From: Dehalococcoidia bacterium
GTDB lineage: Bacteria > Chloroflexota > Dehalococcoidia > Lucifugimonadales > Australimonadaceae
Direction: 5' to 3'
Assembly: GCA_022820645.1 (NCBI GenBank)
Contig: JAJEFD010000013.1
Span: forward strand, 71,308-135,307
DNA length: 64,000 nt
Numbering within the stretch: the first letter of the stretch is position 1; every line of letters starts with the position of its first letter. Both the position numbers and the translations under genes were made by a program. Of the stretch, positions 1 to 10,362 are shown one piece after another. The notes beneath the pieces were generated by a model. That model made no database searches and was not told where the DNA came from. It saw only the letters and a list, made by a program, of their open reading frames with translations.

Positions 1-396
1 CACCATGAGCGACGCCGTCAGGGCGCCGAACGCCAGGTACACGCCCGGCGCGTCCGCGTCGCGCATGTAGTAGACCGCGAGCCCGAACAGCACCGCCGCC
101 TCGCCGAGCCGGTCCATCACCGAGTCGAAGAACGCCCCGAACGTCGACGCCTTCCCGGACAGCCGCGCGACCGAGCCGTCCAGCATGTCCATCGCGGCCC
201 CCGCGAGCATCACGATGCCCCCGATCAGCAGCTCCCCTTCCGCGAGCAGCCACGCCGCAACCACCGCGACGCCGAACCCGGCGAGCGTCAGCAGGTCCGG
301 CGACACCTTGAGCGCGATGAGCACGCGCGCGATGGGGTGCGCGAAGTAGCGCTCGGCCATCTCCCGCGCGCGCAGTCTGGGGGCGAGCGATCTCAT
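1..396 (-). CDS. CDP-alcohol phosphatidyltransferase family protein (N-terminal part; gene runs off the left edge)
   Basis: My own minus-strand translation from ATG 396 gives [36 protein letters not shown]...[33 protein letters not shown]. This is the D-x2-DG-x2-AR-x8-G-x3-D-x3-D motif. The start overlaps the stop of the upstream GT gene (ATGA). It is absent from the ORF track because there is no stop in the window. Confidence 0.75.
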   Translation of the reverse strand, partial: MRSLAPRLRAREMAERYFAHPIARVLIALKVSPDLLTLAGFGVAVVAAWLLAEGELLIGGIVMLAGAAMDMLDGSVARLSGKASTFGAFFDSVMDRLGEAAVLFGLAVYYMRDADAPGVYLAFGALTASLMV

Positions 397-1580
397 CCGG
401 CCTTCTCTCGCTGAGCCCTGCGCCACAGCAGCGAGCGGTAGTGCGCGAGCACCCGGTCCGCGACGCGCTCCCACCGGTACTGCTCGACCGTGATGCGGCC
501 CCGCGCGCCCATCTCCTTGCGCAGCTGCTCGTTCACGATGAGCCGTTCGAGCGCATCCGCGAGTTCCCCGTCGTTCTTCGGCTTGACCAGCAGCCCCTCG
601 ACGCCGTTCGAGAGCACCCGGCTGAACCCGTCGATGCGCGACGCCGCGATCGGCTTGCCCGCGGCCATCGCCTCCAGCAGCACGATGCCGAAGCTCTCGC
701 GCCCCGTGTTCGGCGCGCAGTAGATGTCGGCGGTCTGGTAGTAGCGCGGCACGTCCTGGTAGGGAACGAGGCCGAGGAACTCCACGTCCTCCAGGTTCCG
801 CTCCCCGATGAGCGACAGCACCTCCTCGCCCGGGTTGCCCCCGCCCGCGATGAGGAGCCGGATGTTCGGGTAGCGCCACTTCAGCCTGCTGTACGCCATC
901 ACGAGGTACTTCAGCCCCTTGCGCCGCTCCAGCCTGCCGAGGAAGAGGATGTTGAGCTTGCCGTCGTTGAAACGCTCTATCGGCCTGGCGTTCTCGAACC
1001 GCTCGATGTCCACGCCGTTCGGGATGATCTCGTACTCGCCGGGGTAGAACTTGCTCACGAAGTCCATCGCCGGCTTGGAGACCGCGATGCGCCCGTCCAG
1101 CTTGCGGAACCACCGGCGGCTCAGGTACCGCCACGCGCGATAGAAGCGCGAGCCGTTGAACGTGTGGAACGTCCCGACGTTCACCGACGTCGAGTTGTGG
1201 AGGAACGCGAACGGCAGCGCCGGGGTCATCGGCTCGTGCAGGTGCACGATGTCGAACCGCTCGCGGCGCAGCAGCCTGCGGACGTTCGGCTCCAGCCACA
1301 CGGAGAACGTGATCCGCGCCACCGCCCCGCCGCTCGGCACCGGAACGGGCCTCCCCATCGGGATGAACCCCGGCTCCAGCATGCGCTCCCTGGAGTTCGC
1401 GAGCGGCCCGACGACCGTGACGGAGTGCCCCTTCGCCCGCAGCTCGCGCGCGAGGTTGTTCACGTGGTCGTTCACGCCCCCCGGCGTGCCGAAGTCGTAC
1501 GGCGAGACGAGCGCTATCTTCAGCGCCGCGTGATTGCTCGGGCGCTGCGCGGGATTGGCGGGCGTGGCTGTCTCGATCAA
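393..1580 (-). CDS. GT4 family glycosyltransferase, PimA-like
   Basis: The C-terminal ~377 aa of track ORF 393..2489 read [36 protein letters not shown]...[18 protein letters not shown], a GT-B/GT4 signature. No ATG lies near the conserved N-terminus, so TTG at 1580 is my best start guess. The upstream 300 aa of the track ORF are REP-derived and Arg/Pro/Gly-rich, not real. Confidence 0.85.
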   Translation of the reverse strand: MIETATPANPAQRPSNHAALKIALVSPYDFGTPGGVNDHVNNLARELRAKGHSVTVVGPLANSRERMLEPGFIPMGRPVPVPSGGAVARITFSVWLEPNVRRLLRRERFDIVHLHEPMTPALPFAFLHNSTSVNVGTFHTFNGSRFYRAWRYLSRRWFRKLDGRIAVSKPAMDFVSKFYPGEYEIIPNGVDIERFENARPIERFNDGKLNILFLGRLERRKGLKYLVMAYSRLKWRYPNIRLLIAGGGNPGEEVLSLIGERNLEDVEFLGLVPYQDVPRYYQTADIYCAPNTGRESFGIVLLEAMAAGKPIAASRIDGFSRVLSNGVEGLLVKPKNDGELADALERLIVNEQLRKEMGARGRITVEQYRWERVADRVLAHYRSLLWRRAQREKAG

Positions 1581-1751
1581 GGTGCTCGTACGTCCTTCGT
1601 CTTCCGCTCGGACAGACGCCCAGTATATGCCGTCGCGCCATCTCCGTCGTTCCTGCGCAGGCAGGAACCTCGCATCCCACCTCGCCCTCTGGGAGAGGTC
1701 GACGCGCTTGCGCGGCGGGTGAGGGTAACCCAGACGCGGGGCGCAGCCCCC

Positions 1752-1778
1752 GTCATTCCCGTGAAGGCGGGAATCCAG
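1752..1778 (+). repeat. type-A REP hairpin copy
   Basis: gtcattcccgtgaaggcgggaatccag. 8-bp stem attcccgY/gcgggaat with loop gaag. It translates as VIPVKAGIQ in the track. Confidence 0.9.
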
Positions 1779-1825
1779 ATGCCCGACAGGGCACATGACG
1801 CCGCGCTTGCGCGGCGGGTGAGGGT

Positions 1826-2029
1826 TCACCCCACGGGACGCTTCATGAACCCCGTGAGCATCCTGCCTCCGGGAGCATCCGCCTCCTCCAGCCATTCCAC
1901 CGCAACCAGCTCCCACCCGTCCGCGCCGAGCGCGTTCAGCGCGCTCGTTACGTCTCCCGTGTCGTTCATGGCGTCCGCGTCGTTTCCCAGCCGGGGCCAC
2001 AGCGGAACGGCGCGGTATTCCCAGCGCAT
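1826..2029 (-). CDS. small DUF4177-like protein
   Basis: 67-aa ORF starting 3 nt after the truB stop. MRWEYRAV...[16 protein letters not shown] resembles DUF4177 proteins; the family call is from memory. Confidence 0.6.
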   Translation of the reverse strand: MRWEYRAVPLWPRLGNDADAMNDTGDVTSALNALGADGWELVAVEWLEEADAPGGRMLTGFMKRPVG

Positions 2030-2032
2030 CGC

Positions 2033-2974
2033 CTACGGTTCCGGCGCGTAGCGCGAGAGGACGGGCTTCGCCATGATCTTCTCCGGCTTCCACGAGCTCT
2101 CCGCCCGGTTGAACCGCACGAGGCCGAGGAAACGCCCGTCCTCCGAGTACGCCCGCCGGGGTTCGAGATGCTTCGCGTACGGCGCGGAGCCCGGCAGATT
2201 GACCGGCTGGCCGTTCCGCAGGTGGCGCTCGCCCGCCGAGGGCACCAGGAGCGCGGGGGTCTCCTTGAGCGCGGCGTCCGGAGGCTCCAGCAGCCCTTCC
2301 CAGTCCTCCTCCGCTTCCAGCTGCTCTATCGTCAGCGCGTCGTCCAGCGAGAACGGACCGACGCGGGTGCGCGTGAGTGCGCTCAGGTGCGCGGGACAGC
2401 CGACGGCCTCGCCGAGGTCGTGCGCGAGGCTCCGCATGTAGAACCCCTTGCCGCAGTCGACCTCCACCACCGCGCGCGGCGGCTCCCACTCACGCAGCGT
2501 CAGCGAGTACACGACCACCTCGCGCTCCGGGCGCTCCACCTCCACGCCCGCGCGGGCGAGATCGTAGAGGCGCTGACCCTCGTGCTTCACGGCGGAGTAC
2601 ATCGGGGGCCGCTGCAGCACGACGCCGGTGAAACGCTGGAGGTGCTCCTCGATCTGCTCCCGCGAGAGCGATGCGTAGTCCCCCGTCGCCGTCGTTTCGC
2701 CTTCCGCGTCGTACGTGTCGGTCGCCGCGCCGAACGTGATCTCGCCGACGTACGTCTTGCCGCTGTCCACGAGGTAGTCCATGAACCGCGTGGCCTGCCC
2801 GAGGCAGACGGGCAGCACGCCCTCCGCTATCGGGTCGAGCGTGCCGGCATGTCCCACGCGCTTCACGCGGGTGATGCGCCGCACTGCGCGCACCACGTCC
2901 ATCGAGGTGATGGCCTTCGGCTTGTTGATGACGAACGCGCCGTCAGCCTCGACCCTTGTTGTCGTTCCGCTCAT
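2033..2974 (-). CDS. truB: tRNA pseudouridine(55) synthase TruB
   Basis: [59 protein letters not shown] contains the HxGTLDP catalytic motif. ATG 2974 overlaps the rbfA stop (ATGA). The longer track ORF to 3427 is an antisense-frame extension. Confidence 0.92.
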   Translation of the reverse strand: MSGTTTRVEADGAFVINKPKAITSMDVVRAVRRITRVKRVGHAGTLDPIAEGVLPVCLGQATRFMDYLVDSGKTYVGEITFGAATDTYDAEGETTATGDYASLSREQIEEHLQRFTGVVLQRPPMYSAVKHEGQRLYDLARAGVEVERPEREVVVYSLTLREWEPPRAVVEVDCGKGFYMRSLAHDLGEAVGCPAHLSALTRTRVGPFSLDDALTIEQLEAEEDWEGLLEPPDAALKETPALLVPSAGERHLRNGQPVNLPGSAPYAKHLEPRRAYSEDGRFLGLVRFNRAESSWKPEKIMAKPVLSRYAPEP

Positions 2975-3318
2975 CCCTGTTCCTTGATGTCGTCCAGCAG
3001 GCTGAGCACGCGGTCGCCCTCTTCGATGGCGGTGTCGCGTACGAAGTGCAGCTCGGGCGTGCGTTTCAGGTTCAGCCGCTGGTGCAGTTCTCTCTTGATG
3101 TAGCCCGACGCCGACCGCAGACCCGCGAGCGCCTCGCGGGCGTCGTCCGGTGTCCCCGCGACCGTGACGGCTACCGTGGCGTGGCCGAGGTCGGCGCTTA
3201 CCTTCACGTGCGCGAGGGTCACGAGGCGCGACAGCCTCGGGTCCTTCAACCGGCCGGTGGTCAGCCTGCCGATCTCGCTCTGCAGCAGCCCTGCGATACG
3301 GTCCGTCCTGCGGGTCAT
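2971..3318 (-). CDS. rbfA: ribosome-binding factor A
   Basis: 115 aa, MTRRTDRIAGLLQSEIGRLTTGRLKDPRL...VKVSADLGHATVAV, typical RbfA. It sits in the infB-rbfA-truB context. Confidence 0.9.
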   Translation of the reverse strand: MTRRTDRIAGLLQSEIGRLTTGRLKDPRLSRLVTLAHVKVSADLGHATVAVTVAGTPDDAREALAGLRSASGYIKRELHQRLNLKRTPELHFVRDTAIEEGDRVLSLLDDIKEQG

Positions 3319-3348
3319 GGGTCGCTCGATTCCGCGCGCAGCCTGGGT

Positions 3349-5127
3349 TCAGGCGCGCTGCTGGCGGTGCGACTCGATGATGTCGCCTTCCTGGAAGTCG
3401 TTGAACCCTTCGAGTGAGACGCCGCACTCGTAGCCGGTCGCGACTTCGCGCACGTCGTCCTTGAACCGGCGCAGCCCGGCGATCGCGCCGTCGAAGACCG
3501 TCTCGCCGTCGCGGATGACCCGTCCTCGCGCGCCTCGCGTCAGTCTTCCGTCCGTCACGTAGCAGCCCGCGCTCTTCCGGTTGCGCCCGAGCGAGAACAC
3601 GGCGCGCACTTCCGCCGTGCCTTCGGTCACGTCCTGGATCGTCGGTTCCAGCAGGCCGTGCAGCGCCTTCTCCACGTCCTCCGTGAGGCGGTAGATGATG
3701 TCGTAGCGCCGTATCTGCACGTTGTCCTGATCGGCAAGGCGTTGCGCGCCCTGGTCCGGGCGGACGTTGAAGCCGATGACGATGGCGTCCGACGCAACCG
3801 CGAGCATCACGTCGCTCTCGGTGACGGCGCCCGTGCCGCTGTGGATGAGGCGTATCTGCGTCTCCGGGGTGCTCAACCGCTCCAGCGCCTGCCGGACGGC
3901 TGCGATGCTGCCCTGCACGTCCGTCTTGAGGATGAGCCGCAGCTCCTTCGTCTGGCCGGACGATATGCGCGCGCCCATCTCTTCCAGCGTCGCGCCACGC
4001 ACCCGGTTGAGGTCCTCACGCCGCAGCCGCTCCGCGACCGTCGCGCGCGCGGTCTTCTCGTCCGGCACCACGACCAGCCGGTCCCCCGCGCCGGGGAGTT
4101 CGCTGAGGCCCAGCACCTCGACCGGCATGGACGGCCCGGCATTGTGAGTGCGCTTCCCCTCAGCGTTCACGAGCGCCTTGACGCGCCCGCGCGTCGAGCC
4201 GACGACGATGTGATCGCCGACCCGCAGCGTACCGGTCTGCACGAGTATCCGCGCCAGCACGCCCCGGTTGCGGTCCAGCTCCGCCTCCACGACCACCCCG
4301 ACGCCGGGACGCTTCGGGTTCGCCTTCAGCTCCGCGACCTCGGCAACGAGCTCGATGCTCTCCAGCAGGTCGGGGATGCCGTCGCCTGCCTTCGCCGAGA
4401 CCTCGACGTCGATCACGTCGCCGCCCCACTTCTCGACCACGAACTCGTGCTCGGAGAGCTGCCGCCGTACCCGCTCGGGGTCGGCGTTGGGGCTGTCCAT
4501 CTTGTTGATGGCCACGATGATCGGCACTTCCGCCGCCTTGATGTGGTCGATCGCCTCGACGGTCTGCGGCATCACGCCGTCGTCTGCTGCGACGACGAGC
4601 ACAGCGATGTCCGTCACCTGCGCGCCGCGTGCGCGCATCGCCGTGAACGCCTCGTGACCGGGCGTGTCGATGAACGTGACGGGTGTGCCGTTGTGCACCA
4701 CCTGGTACGCCCCGATGTGCTGCGTGATGCCGCCCGCCTCCCTCGCGACGACGTTCGTGCGGCGGATGGCGTCGAGCAGGGTCGTCTTCCCGTGGTCGAC
4801 GTGACCCAGCACCGTTACGACGGCGGGCCGGGTTTCGAGGTCGGCGGACTCGTCCTCCGCCACGCCGCCGCCTGCGGCGCTGACGGAGTCCTCCACCTTC
4901 CGCGCGGCGTACCCGAACACCCGGGCCACGCCTGCTGCGGTATCGAAGTCGATGATCTGGTTGATGCTCGCGAACACTCCGCCGCGCATCAACTGCTTGA
5001 TGACCTGCACGGGTTCCACGCGCATCCGCTCCGCAAGCACCCCGACGGCGATCGCCTCGCCTATGGGCAGCGCCCGGAGTGTGACTCGACGGGTGGCGGT
5101 TGCCGACCTCTGTGGTTCTTCGACCAT
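3349..5127 (-). CDS. infB: translation initiation factor IF-2 (short N-terminus)
   Basis: GTPase motifs are present: [28 protein letters not shown]. The conserved C-terminal domains follow. The start is taken at MVEEPQRSA (ATG 5127); upstream track residues are Arg-rich and overlap ylxR. Confidence 0.95.
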   Translation of the reverse strand: MVEEPQRSATATRRVTLRALPIGEAIAVGVLAERMRVEPVQVIKQLMRGGVFASINQIIDFDTAAGVARVFGYAARKVEDSVSAAGGGVAEDESADLETRPAVVTVLGHVDHGKTTLLDAIRRTNVVAREAGGITQHIGAYQVVHNGTPVTFIDTPGHEAFTAMRARGAQVTDIAVLVVAADDGVMPQTVEAIDHIKAAEVPIIVAINKMDSPNADPERVRRQLSEHEFVVEKWGGDVIDVEVSAKAGDGIPDLLESIELVAEVAELKANPKRPGVGVVVEAELDRNRGVLARILVQTGTLRVGDHIVVGSTRGRVKALVNAEGKRTHNAGPSMPVEVLGLSELPGAGDRLVVVPDEKTARATVAERLRREDLNRVRGATLEEMGARISSGQTKELRLILKTDVQGSIAAVRQALERLSTPETQIRLIHSGTGAVTESDVMLAVASDAIVIGFNVRPDQGAQRLADQDNVQIRRYDIIYRLTEDVEKALHGLLEPTIQDVTEGTAEVRAVFSLGRNRKSAGCYVTDGRLTRGARGRVIRDGETVFDGAIAGLRRFKDDVREVATGYECGVSLEGFNDFQEGDIIESHRQQRA

Positions 5128-5135
5128 CTGCTCTC

Positions 5136-5435
5136 CTATGCCGTGGTCCCTGCGGTCTCCGCAGCCGTCCGTATGCCCTCGGCGAACGCCGCGAGCCGTT
5201 CGCGGTCGTCCTGCTCGATCCTGCCGCGCAGAGCGGCGGCGAGACGCCCGCCCTTGAGCGCTGCGTCCCAGCATCCGGGCCGGCGGCAGAGGTACGCGCC
5301 GCGTCCTGAGCGTTTGCCCGTGTCGTCCACGGCGCACTCGCGCTCCGGTGTCATCACTATCCTGACCAGCTCGCGCTTGGAGGTCTTCACGCCGCAGATA
5401 ACGCAGGAGCGCTGCGGTATGTGGCGGTTACGCAT
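5136..5435 (-). CDS. ylxR: YlxR/RnpM (DUF448) family RNA-binding protein
   Basis: 99 aa, IPQRSCVICGVKTSKRELVRIV...GRGAYLC. It occupies the canonical position between nusA and infB. Confidence 0.85.
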   Translation of the reverse strand: MRNRHIPQRSCVICGVKTSKRELVRIVMTPERECAVDDTGKRSGRGAYLCRRPGCWDAALKGGRLAAALRGRIEQDDRERLAAFAEGIRTAAETAGTTA

Positions 5436-5455
5436 ATAAGTCCTCCGTGCGGGGC

Positions 5456-7030
5456 CTAGCCCGGGAAGTCGCCACCCCCGGCAGGACCTCCCTGGGCTCC
5501 CGGACCTCCCGGCCGCCGTGGGCCGCGGTTGGCATTGCCGCGGCGAGGGCCGCCGCCTCTTCGACGACCGCCTCCGCGCCGCGCCTGGGGCGCGCCCAGT
5601 ATGTCCTCGGCGAACCGGATGGTCGGGCCGCCGCCTATGGGCTCCGGCACCTTCCAGATATCGTCGTCTATCACGTCTTCCTCGACCTCTTCGACGATGA
5701 TCTCTTCGATCTCCTCGTCGATCTGGTCGAGCGATTCGAGCGCCAGCAGCTCCTCTGCACTCAGGCCGCCGGCGGTTTCCTCGACCTCCTCCGCCTGGAC
5801 GGCGGCCTCGGCTTCCAGCTCCGCCATGATGGCAGCCTCTTCCGCCGCGATCGCGGCGGCGCGCTCCGCCGCCTCCTCCGTGTCTGCCGCCTCCGGAGCA
5901 ACGGCGACCGCCTCCGTCGGCTCTGTCTCCGCCGTCTCGCGCTCGGCGACCGTGCCCTCTATCTGGATGCGCATCCGCTCAATCTCGATCTCGGTCGAGC
6001 TCTTGATGTCTATCTTCCAGTTCGTCAGCTTGGCCGCGAGGCGGGCGTTCTGCCCCTCGCGTCCGATGGCGAGCGACAACTGCCTGTCCGGCACCACGAT
6101 GATCGCCGCCTGCTCGGCCTCGTTCAGGTCGACGCGCAGCGGCTGGGCGGGGCTGAGCGCGTGCGAGATGTAGACCGACAGGTCGCGCGACCACTGGATG
6201 ACGTCGATCTTCTCGCCCTGCAGCTCGTTGACGATGTTCTGGATGCGGATGCCGCGCAGCCCGACGCACGCGCCGACCGGGTCGACCCCGTCCTGGCGCG
6301 CGTAGACCGCGACCTTGGAACGCGATCCCGGCTCGCGCGCGATGCCGCGTATCTCCACGATGCCGTTGTAGATCTCCGGCACCTCCATCTCGAACAGGCG
6401 CTTGAGAAGGTCCGGGTGCGTCCGGGAGACGATGATCTCCGGCCCGCGCTGCGTGCGCGTGACCTCCGTGATGATGACCTTCATCTTCATCCCGGGACGG
6501 TAGCGTTCGAGCGGCGACTGTTCGCTCGGGGGCAGGACGGCCGACGCCCGGCCGTTGAGGTCCATCGTTATCACGCCGCCGAAGCCGCGCTGCACCGTGG
6601 CCGTGTAGACCTCGCCGCTCTTCTCCGCGAACTCGGCGTACACCAGTTCGCGCTCGGCCTCGCGCAATCGCTGGAACACCACCTGCTTCGCGGTCTGCGC
6701 CGCGATGCGTCCCGCCGCGTGGGCGGAGAGCTGCTCTTCGATCATGTCGCCGATGGCGAAGGTCTGGCCCTTCCTGATCTTCTTCGCTTCGGCGAGCGTT
6801 ATCTCGGCAAGGTCGTTCGTGACTTCGTCGACGACCGTCCGTATCTGGAAGACCTCCACCTCGCCCGTGTTGGGGTCGAGATGGACGCGGATGTTGCTCT
6901 GTGCGCCGGAGGCGCCGTCTTTGCGGTATGCGGAGGCGAGCGCCGCCTCTACCGCGGAGACGACCATGTCCTGCGGCAGGTTGCGCTCAGCCGCGAGCTG
7001 CGTAACGGCGATGAGAAAGTCGCTCTTCAT
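5456..7030 (-). CDS. nusA: transcription termination/antitermination factor NusA with acidic + RGG-rich C-terminal tail
   Basis: [37 protein letters not shown] is followed by S1 and KH regions ([37 protein letters not shown]). The SD ggaggtagaaggga lies upstream of ATG 7030. The last ~180 aa are low complexity. Confidence 0.95.
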   Translation of the reverse strand: MKSDFLIAVTQLAAERNLPQDMVVSAVEAALASAYRKDGASGAQSNIRVHLDPNTGEVEVFQIRTVVDEVTNDLAEITLAEAKKIRKGQTFAIGDMIEEQLSAHAAGRIAAQTAKQVVFQRLREAERELVYAEFAEKSGEVYTATVQRGFGGVITMDLNGRASAVLPPSEQSPLERYRPGMKMKVIITEVTRTQRGPEIIVSRTHPDLLKRLFEMEVPEIYNGIVEIRGIAREPGSRSKVAVYARQDGVDPVGACVGLRGIRIQNIVNELQGEKIDVIQWSRDLSVYISHALSPAQPLRVDLNEAEQAAIIVVPDRQLSLAIGREGQNARLAAKLTNWKIDIKSSTEIEIERMRIQIEGTVAERETAETEPTEAVAVAPEAADTEEAAERAAAIAAEEAAIMAELEAEAAVQAEEVEETAGGLSAEELLALESLDQIDEEIEEIIVEEVEEDVIDDDIWKVPEPIGGGPTIRFAEDILGAPQARRGGGRRRGGGPRRGNANRGPRRPGGPGAQGGPAGGGDFPG

Positions 7031-7224
7031 GCGTCCCTTCTACCTCCAGCATCGGCAGTTCCGAGAAAGCGCGAGAGTGGGCTGCGCCCACTCTCAACAG
7101 GGCAATACTACTCCTTTAAACGCCTGCCGTCCACTCGTAACCGGAGGCATTCTGCCAACTGAGACCCCATGTCGGCGCATGGCTATCAACACGCGCAGCA
7201 AGACAACGCACGCAGCAAACCTCC

Positions 7225-7432
7225 GTCATTCCAGCACCGGCTGGAATCCAGGGGGCGCGGGCAGCGCACGTGGGCGAGGCGGAGCGTGGGGGAGGGAATG
7301 TTGTCATGCTGAGCGGAGCGCAGCGGAGTCGAAGCATCCTCGGAGTTGTCTGGTGTAGGGGCGTCCCTTGTGGGCGCCCTTCCCCCACCTCTCCCAAAGG
7401 GCGAGGTGGACGCGCTTGCGCGGCGGGTGAGA
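7225..7432 (+). repeat. composite REP cluster (types A, E, D, C in series)
   Basis: Type A variant gtcattccagcaccggctggaatccag at 7225-7251. Type E tgtcatgctgagcggagcgcagcggagtcgaagcatcctcgg at 7302-7343. Type D gtaggggcgtcccttgtgggcgccc at 7355-7379. Type C cccacctctcccaaagggcgaggtggacgcgcttgcgcggcgggtgagag at 7383-7432. Confidence 0.9.
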
Positions 7433-7523
7433 GCGGACCTACTCCGTAGACAACTTGACCGCGGATGATTACGATTCGCACTGTGAACTACTAGGCACGA
7501 TTGGATTCGCAAGGAGGGCAGCC

Positions 7524-8924
7524 ATGGTGGCCATCATTCGAGCACGCGGGGACCGCTCGATCCGCGACTACATCGACCCCGAGCGCGGTACGGTGAGCCG
7601 GGAGCTCTACGTCAACCCGGACATCTTCGAGCAGGAGATGGAGCAGATATTCCAGCGATGCTGGCTGTTCCTCGGACACGAGAGCCAGATCCCCAACCCG
7701 GGGGACTTCATCATCAGCCGCATGGGCACCGAAGAGGTGATCGTCGTGCGCGACAGGAAGGACAACCAGATCCGCGCCTTCCTCAACTCCTGCCGCCATC
7801 GCGGCATGAAGGTCGTCCGGTACGATCAGGGCAACGCCCTCATCTTCACCTGTCCCTTCCACGCCTGGACCTACGACACCACCGGGCGCCTCGTGGGCGC
7901 CGGCTTCCAGCACTCCCCCGAGGCCTACTGCGGAACGCTCCCCAAGGAGCAGTGGGGCCTCGCCGAAGTCGCCCAGTTCAAGAACTTCTACGGCTCCCTC
8001 TGGGCGACCTGGGACCCCAAGGCGCCGTCGTTCGAGGAGTACCTGGGCCCCTTCACCGAGAGCCTTCGCCACTGCCTGCAGGCCAGCGACGGCACGGACG
8101 CGGGACTGGACATGTTTACGCCCTTCCAGCGTCACCGCCTCCCCACCAACTGGAAGGTGCCCGGCTTCACGTCCGTCACCGACCTCACCCACACGGCGAT
8201 GACCCACCGCTCCGCCGCCGCCGCCAGGCTCCACCAGGACCGCGGCTCGAAGGGCGGGCGCGACCGTGCACGGCAGGCCACCCCGTTCCCCATGAGCAAG
8301 TACGCCATCGGCGACCACAACCTCGGCCACGGCGGCATGTGCACGCTCTACCACCAGAACGGCGTCCCGGAGTACGAGGAGGAGTGGTACGAGGCCGGCG
8401 TGGACGACTACTTCCGCGAGGCCACCGCTCGCAAGGCTGAACTGCTGGCGGACAAGATCATGGCCCCGCACGGCTGGGGCGGCGGCCACTTCGCCATCTT
8501 CCCCTCCGTCATGGTCGACAGCTGGCGGCTCCGCTGGTGGCAGCCCCACTCCGTCGGCGTCGTCGAGCGCTGGACCCTCTCCGGCGTCGACAAGACCGCG
8601 CCCAAGCACGTGCGCGACGCCGTCCGCCACTACTCGGAGCGCTTCAACGGCCCCGTCGGCTTCTTCGAGTCCGACGATATGGAGAACTGGAACTACGTCT
8701 TCCCCGCCAGCCAGGGCGCAAGGGCGCGGAAGCTCGACTACTACTTCGCCAACGGCAAGGGCCTCGGCAAGTACAACGACCGCCTGCCGGGCGTCGTCTT
8801 CAACGGCTCCTACACGGAAGAGGCCCAGCGCGCGCGCTTCAGCCGCTGGCTCGCCTTCATGGAGGCCGCCAGCTGGGACGACCTCTACCCCGTCAACAAG
8901 GCCGCAGACCACCGCATCTGGTAG
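7524..8924 (+). CDS. Rieske non-heme iron aromatic ring-hydroxylating oxygenase, alpha subunit
   Basis: Rieske motif CRHRGMKV...CPFHAW and iron site DLTHTAMTH are present. The SD aaggaggg (7511-7518) lies before ATG 7524, and the track start 7455 is upstream of that SD. Confidence 0.9.
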   Translation: MVAIIRARGDRSIRDYIDPERGTVSRELYVNPDIFEQEMEQIFQRCWLFLGHESQIPNPGDFIISRMGTEEVIVVRDRKDNQIRAFLNSCRHRGMKVVRYDQGNALIFTCPFHAWTYDTTGRLVGAGFQHSPEAYCGTLPKEQWGLAEVAQFKNFYGSLWATWDPKAPSFEEYLGPFTESLRHCLQASDGTDAGLDMFTPFQRHRLPTNWKVPGFTSVTDLTHTAMTHRSAAAARLHQDRGSKGGRDRARQATPFPMSKYAIGDHNLGHGGMCTLYHQNGVPEYEEEWYEAGVDDYFREATARKAELLADKIMAPHGWGGGHFAIFPSVMVDSWRLRWWQPHSVGVVERWTLSGVDKTAPKHVRDAVRHYSERFNGPVGFFESDDMENWNYVFPASQGARARKLDYYFANGKGLGKYNDRLPGVVFNGSYTEEAQRARFSRWLAFMEAASWDDLYPVNKAADHRIW

Positions 8925-8933
8925 AGGAGAACC

Positions 8934-9164
8934 GTGACAGAACCGAAGAAGTACGTCCTATCCGGCCCCCACGGCGCGCTGACGTTCATGTCCCTGCCGG
9001 AGGGAACGAAGATCACCACCATCTACGGGGGGGCCGGCGAGATCACGGCGAACCCCGGCGACGGCGCCTACGTCCTCGTCCGGTTCACCGAACATCAGGA
9101 CCCCGCCGTGGTGGGGACGGAGGAGTTCGTCTTCTTCAACGAGGTCCGCGAGGCAACGGAGTAG
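8934..9164 (+). CDS. hypothetical 76-aa protein between oxygenase alpha and beta genes
   Basis: GTG start 9 nt after the alpha stop, preceded by gaggag. GC3 is strongly high, like neighbouring genes. No family recognised. Confidence 0.5.
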   Translation: MTEPKKYVLSGPHGALTFMSLPEGTKITTIYGGAGEITANPGDGAYVLVRFTEHQDPAVVGTEEFVFFNEVREATE

Positions 9165-9171
9165 GCCTTCC

Positions 9172-9198
9172 GTCATTCCCGCGAAGGCGGGAATCCAG
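9172..9198 (+). repeat. type-A REP hairpin copy
   Basis: gtcattcccgcgaaggcgggaatccag, 8 nt after the stop of the 76-aa ORF. Confidence 0.9.
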
Positions 9199-9299
9199 TG
9201 CGGCCGTCAGGCCACGTAGGGTGGTTGGCCGTGCGGCAGCGCGGCGGGTGAGGGTGGACCGGCGGGCGCGAAGCGGTATGCAGACGCATCCGAGGAGGG

Positions 9300-9839
9300 A
9301 TGGCGATGGTTGAGACTCAGAACGCGCTGGAGATGGTCGTCCTCAGGCACGAGGTCGAGCAGTACCTCTTCAAGGAGGCACGGCTCCTCGACGAGCGCAG
9401 GCTCGAGGAATGGCTCGACCTGCTGGCCGAAGACCTCCACTACTGGATGCCCATGCGCCGGAACGTCAAGTTCGGCGACTGGGACCTCGAGTTCACCAGC
9501 ATGGACGAGGAGATCAACTGGTTCGACGAGGGCAAGGACATCCTCGCCGGACGCATCCGCCAGTTGAACACCGGCGTCCACTGGCCCGAGGAGCCCGTCT
9601 CCCGGTTCGAGCACATCATCTCCAACGTGGAGCTCGTGAGCGTCGAGGGCGACGAGATCAGGGTCAACAGCAAGTTCTTCTGCTACCAGAACCGCCTCCA
9701 GGACGAGGTGAACCAGTTCGTGGGCCGTCGCGAGGACCTTCTCCGCCGCGACCCCGACACCGGCTTCAAGCTCGTCTTCCGCAAGCTCATCCTCGCCCAG
9801 AACGTCATGCTCCCCAAGGTGCTCAACACCTTCCTGTAA
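9300..9839 (+). CDS. aromatic ring-hydroxylating dioxygenase beta subunit (NTF2/SnoaL-like)
   Basis: VEQYLFKEARLLDERRLEEWLDLLAEDLHYWMP is the typical beta-subunit N-terminus. The SD gaggaggg lies directly upstream of ATG 9300. Confidence 0.85.
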   Translation: MAMVETQNALEMVVLRHEVEQYLFKEARLLDERRLEEWLDLLAEDLHYWMPMRRNVKFGDWDLEFTSMDEEINWFDEGKDILAGRIRQLNTGVHWPEEPVSRFEHIISNVELVSVEGDEIRVNSKFFCYQNRLQDEVNQFVGRREDLLRRDPDTGFKLVFRKLILAQNVMLPKVLNTFL

Positions 9840-9844
9840 CACCC

Positions 9845-9871
9845 GTCATTCCCGCGAAGGCGGGAATCCAG
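9845..9871 (+). repeat. type-A REP hairpin copy
   Basis: gtcattcccgcgaaggcgggaatccag, 6 nt after the oxygenase beta stop. Confidence 0.9.
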
Positions 9872-9887
9872 AGAACGAGAGAAACGA

Positions 9888-10238
9888 ATGGCCGCACGCA
9901 TCGAATGGAGGACCAGGGGCAGGGGCGACGACGCCCTCCTGTACGTCGGCGAGTTCGGCGAGGACGACAACACCGTCCTGCGCACCTGGAGCGCCGACTC
10001 CGACGTCCTCACCGACTTCCTGAACGACATGACCGGCCTCGACACCACCGTCAAAGGCCTCGAGGTCGACGCCGATCGGCGCGACCCCGAGCAGTGGGGC
10101 AAGCTCGTCCTGACCCGCCTGCCCACCGGCGAGGTCGTACACGTCGACCCCGAACCCTACTGGGACGGCATCTACTACTGGTTCCGCTCCAAGGGCGTCG
10201 ACCCCCACAAATGGCGCGGCCAGCACCGTCAGGCCTGA
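9888..10238 (+). CDS. hypothetical protein (116 aa)
   Basis: ORF with high GC3 coding bias immediately after the oxygenase beta gene and a REP. No recognisable motif. Confidence 0.5.
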   Translation: MAARIEWRTRGRGDDALLYVGEFGEDDNTVLRTWSADSDVLTDFLNDMTGLDTTVKGLEVDADRRDPEQWGKLVLTRLPTGEVVHVDPEPYWDGIYYWFRSKGVDPHKWRGQHRQA

Positions 10239-10362
10239 TCCCCTCTCCCTACAAGGGGAGAGGGTGAGGGTGAGGGTACTGCGGAGGCTGGGGGTCTGGT
10301 GTAGGGGCGCCCCTCGTGGGTGCCCTTTGCGTCCCTCCTGCATGAGACCTCGCAACGGGAGA

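Noticed and set aside
441-2051. 536-aa plus-strand ORF overlapping the glycosyltransferase
   Set aside because: It is the antisense shadow of a real minus-strand gene in a high-GC genome. The translation is Arg/Ala/Pro/Val-rich with no motif, while the minus strand carries a clear GT4 protein.
393-2489. Track ORF suggests a 698-aa glycosyltransferase
   Set aside because: The N-terminal ~300 aa are REP translations and Gly/Arg-rich junk running through the DUF4177 and truB region in another frame. The conserved GT4 N-terminus begins near 1526-1580.
7031-7523. Expected rimP gene upstream of nusA
   Set aside because: No ORF with RimP-like sequence exists in any frame. The gap is filled by REP types A, E, D and C.
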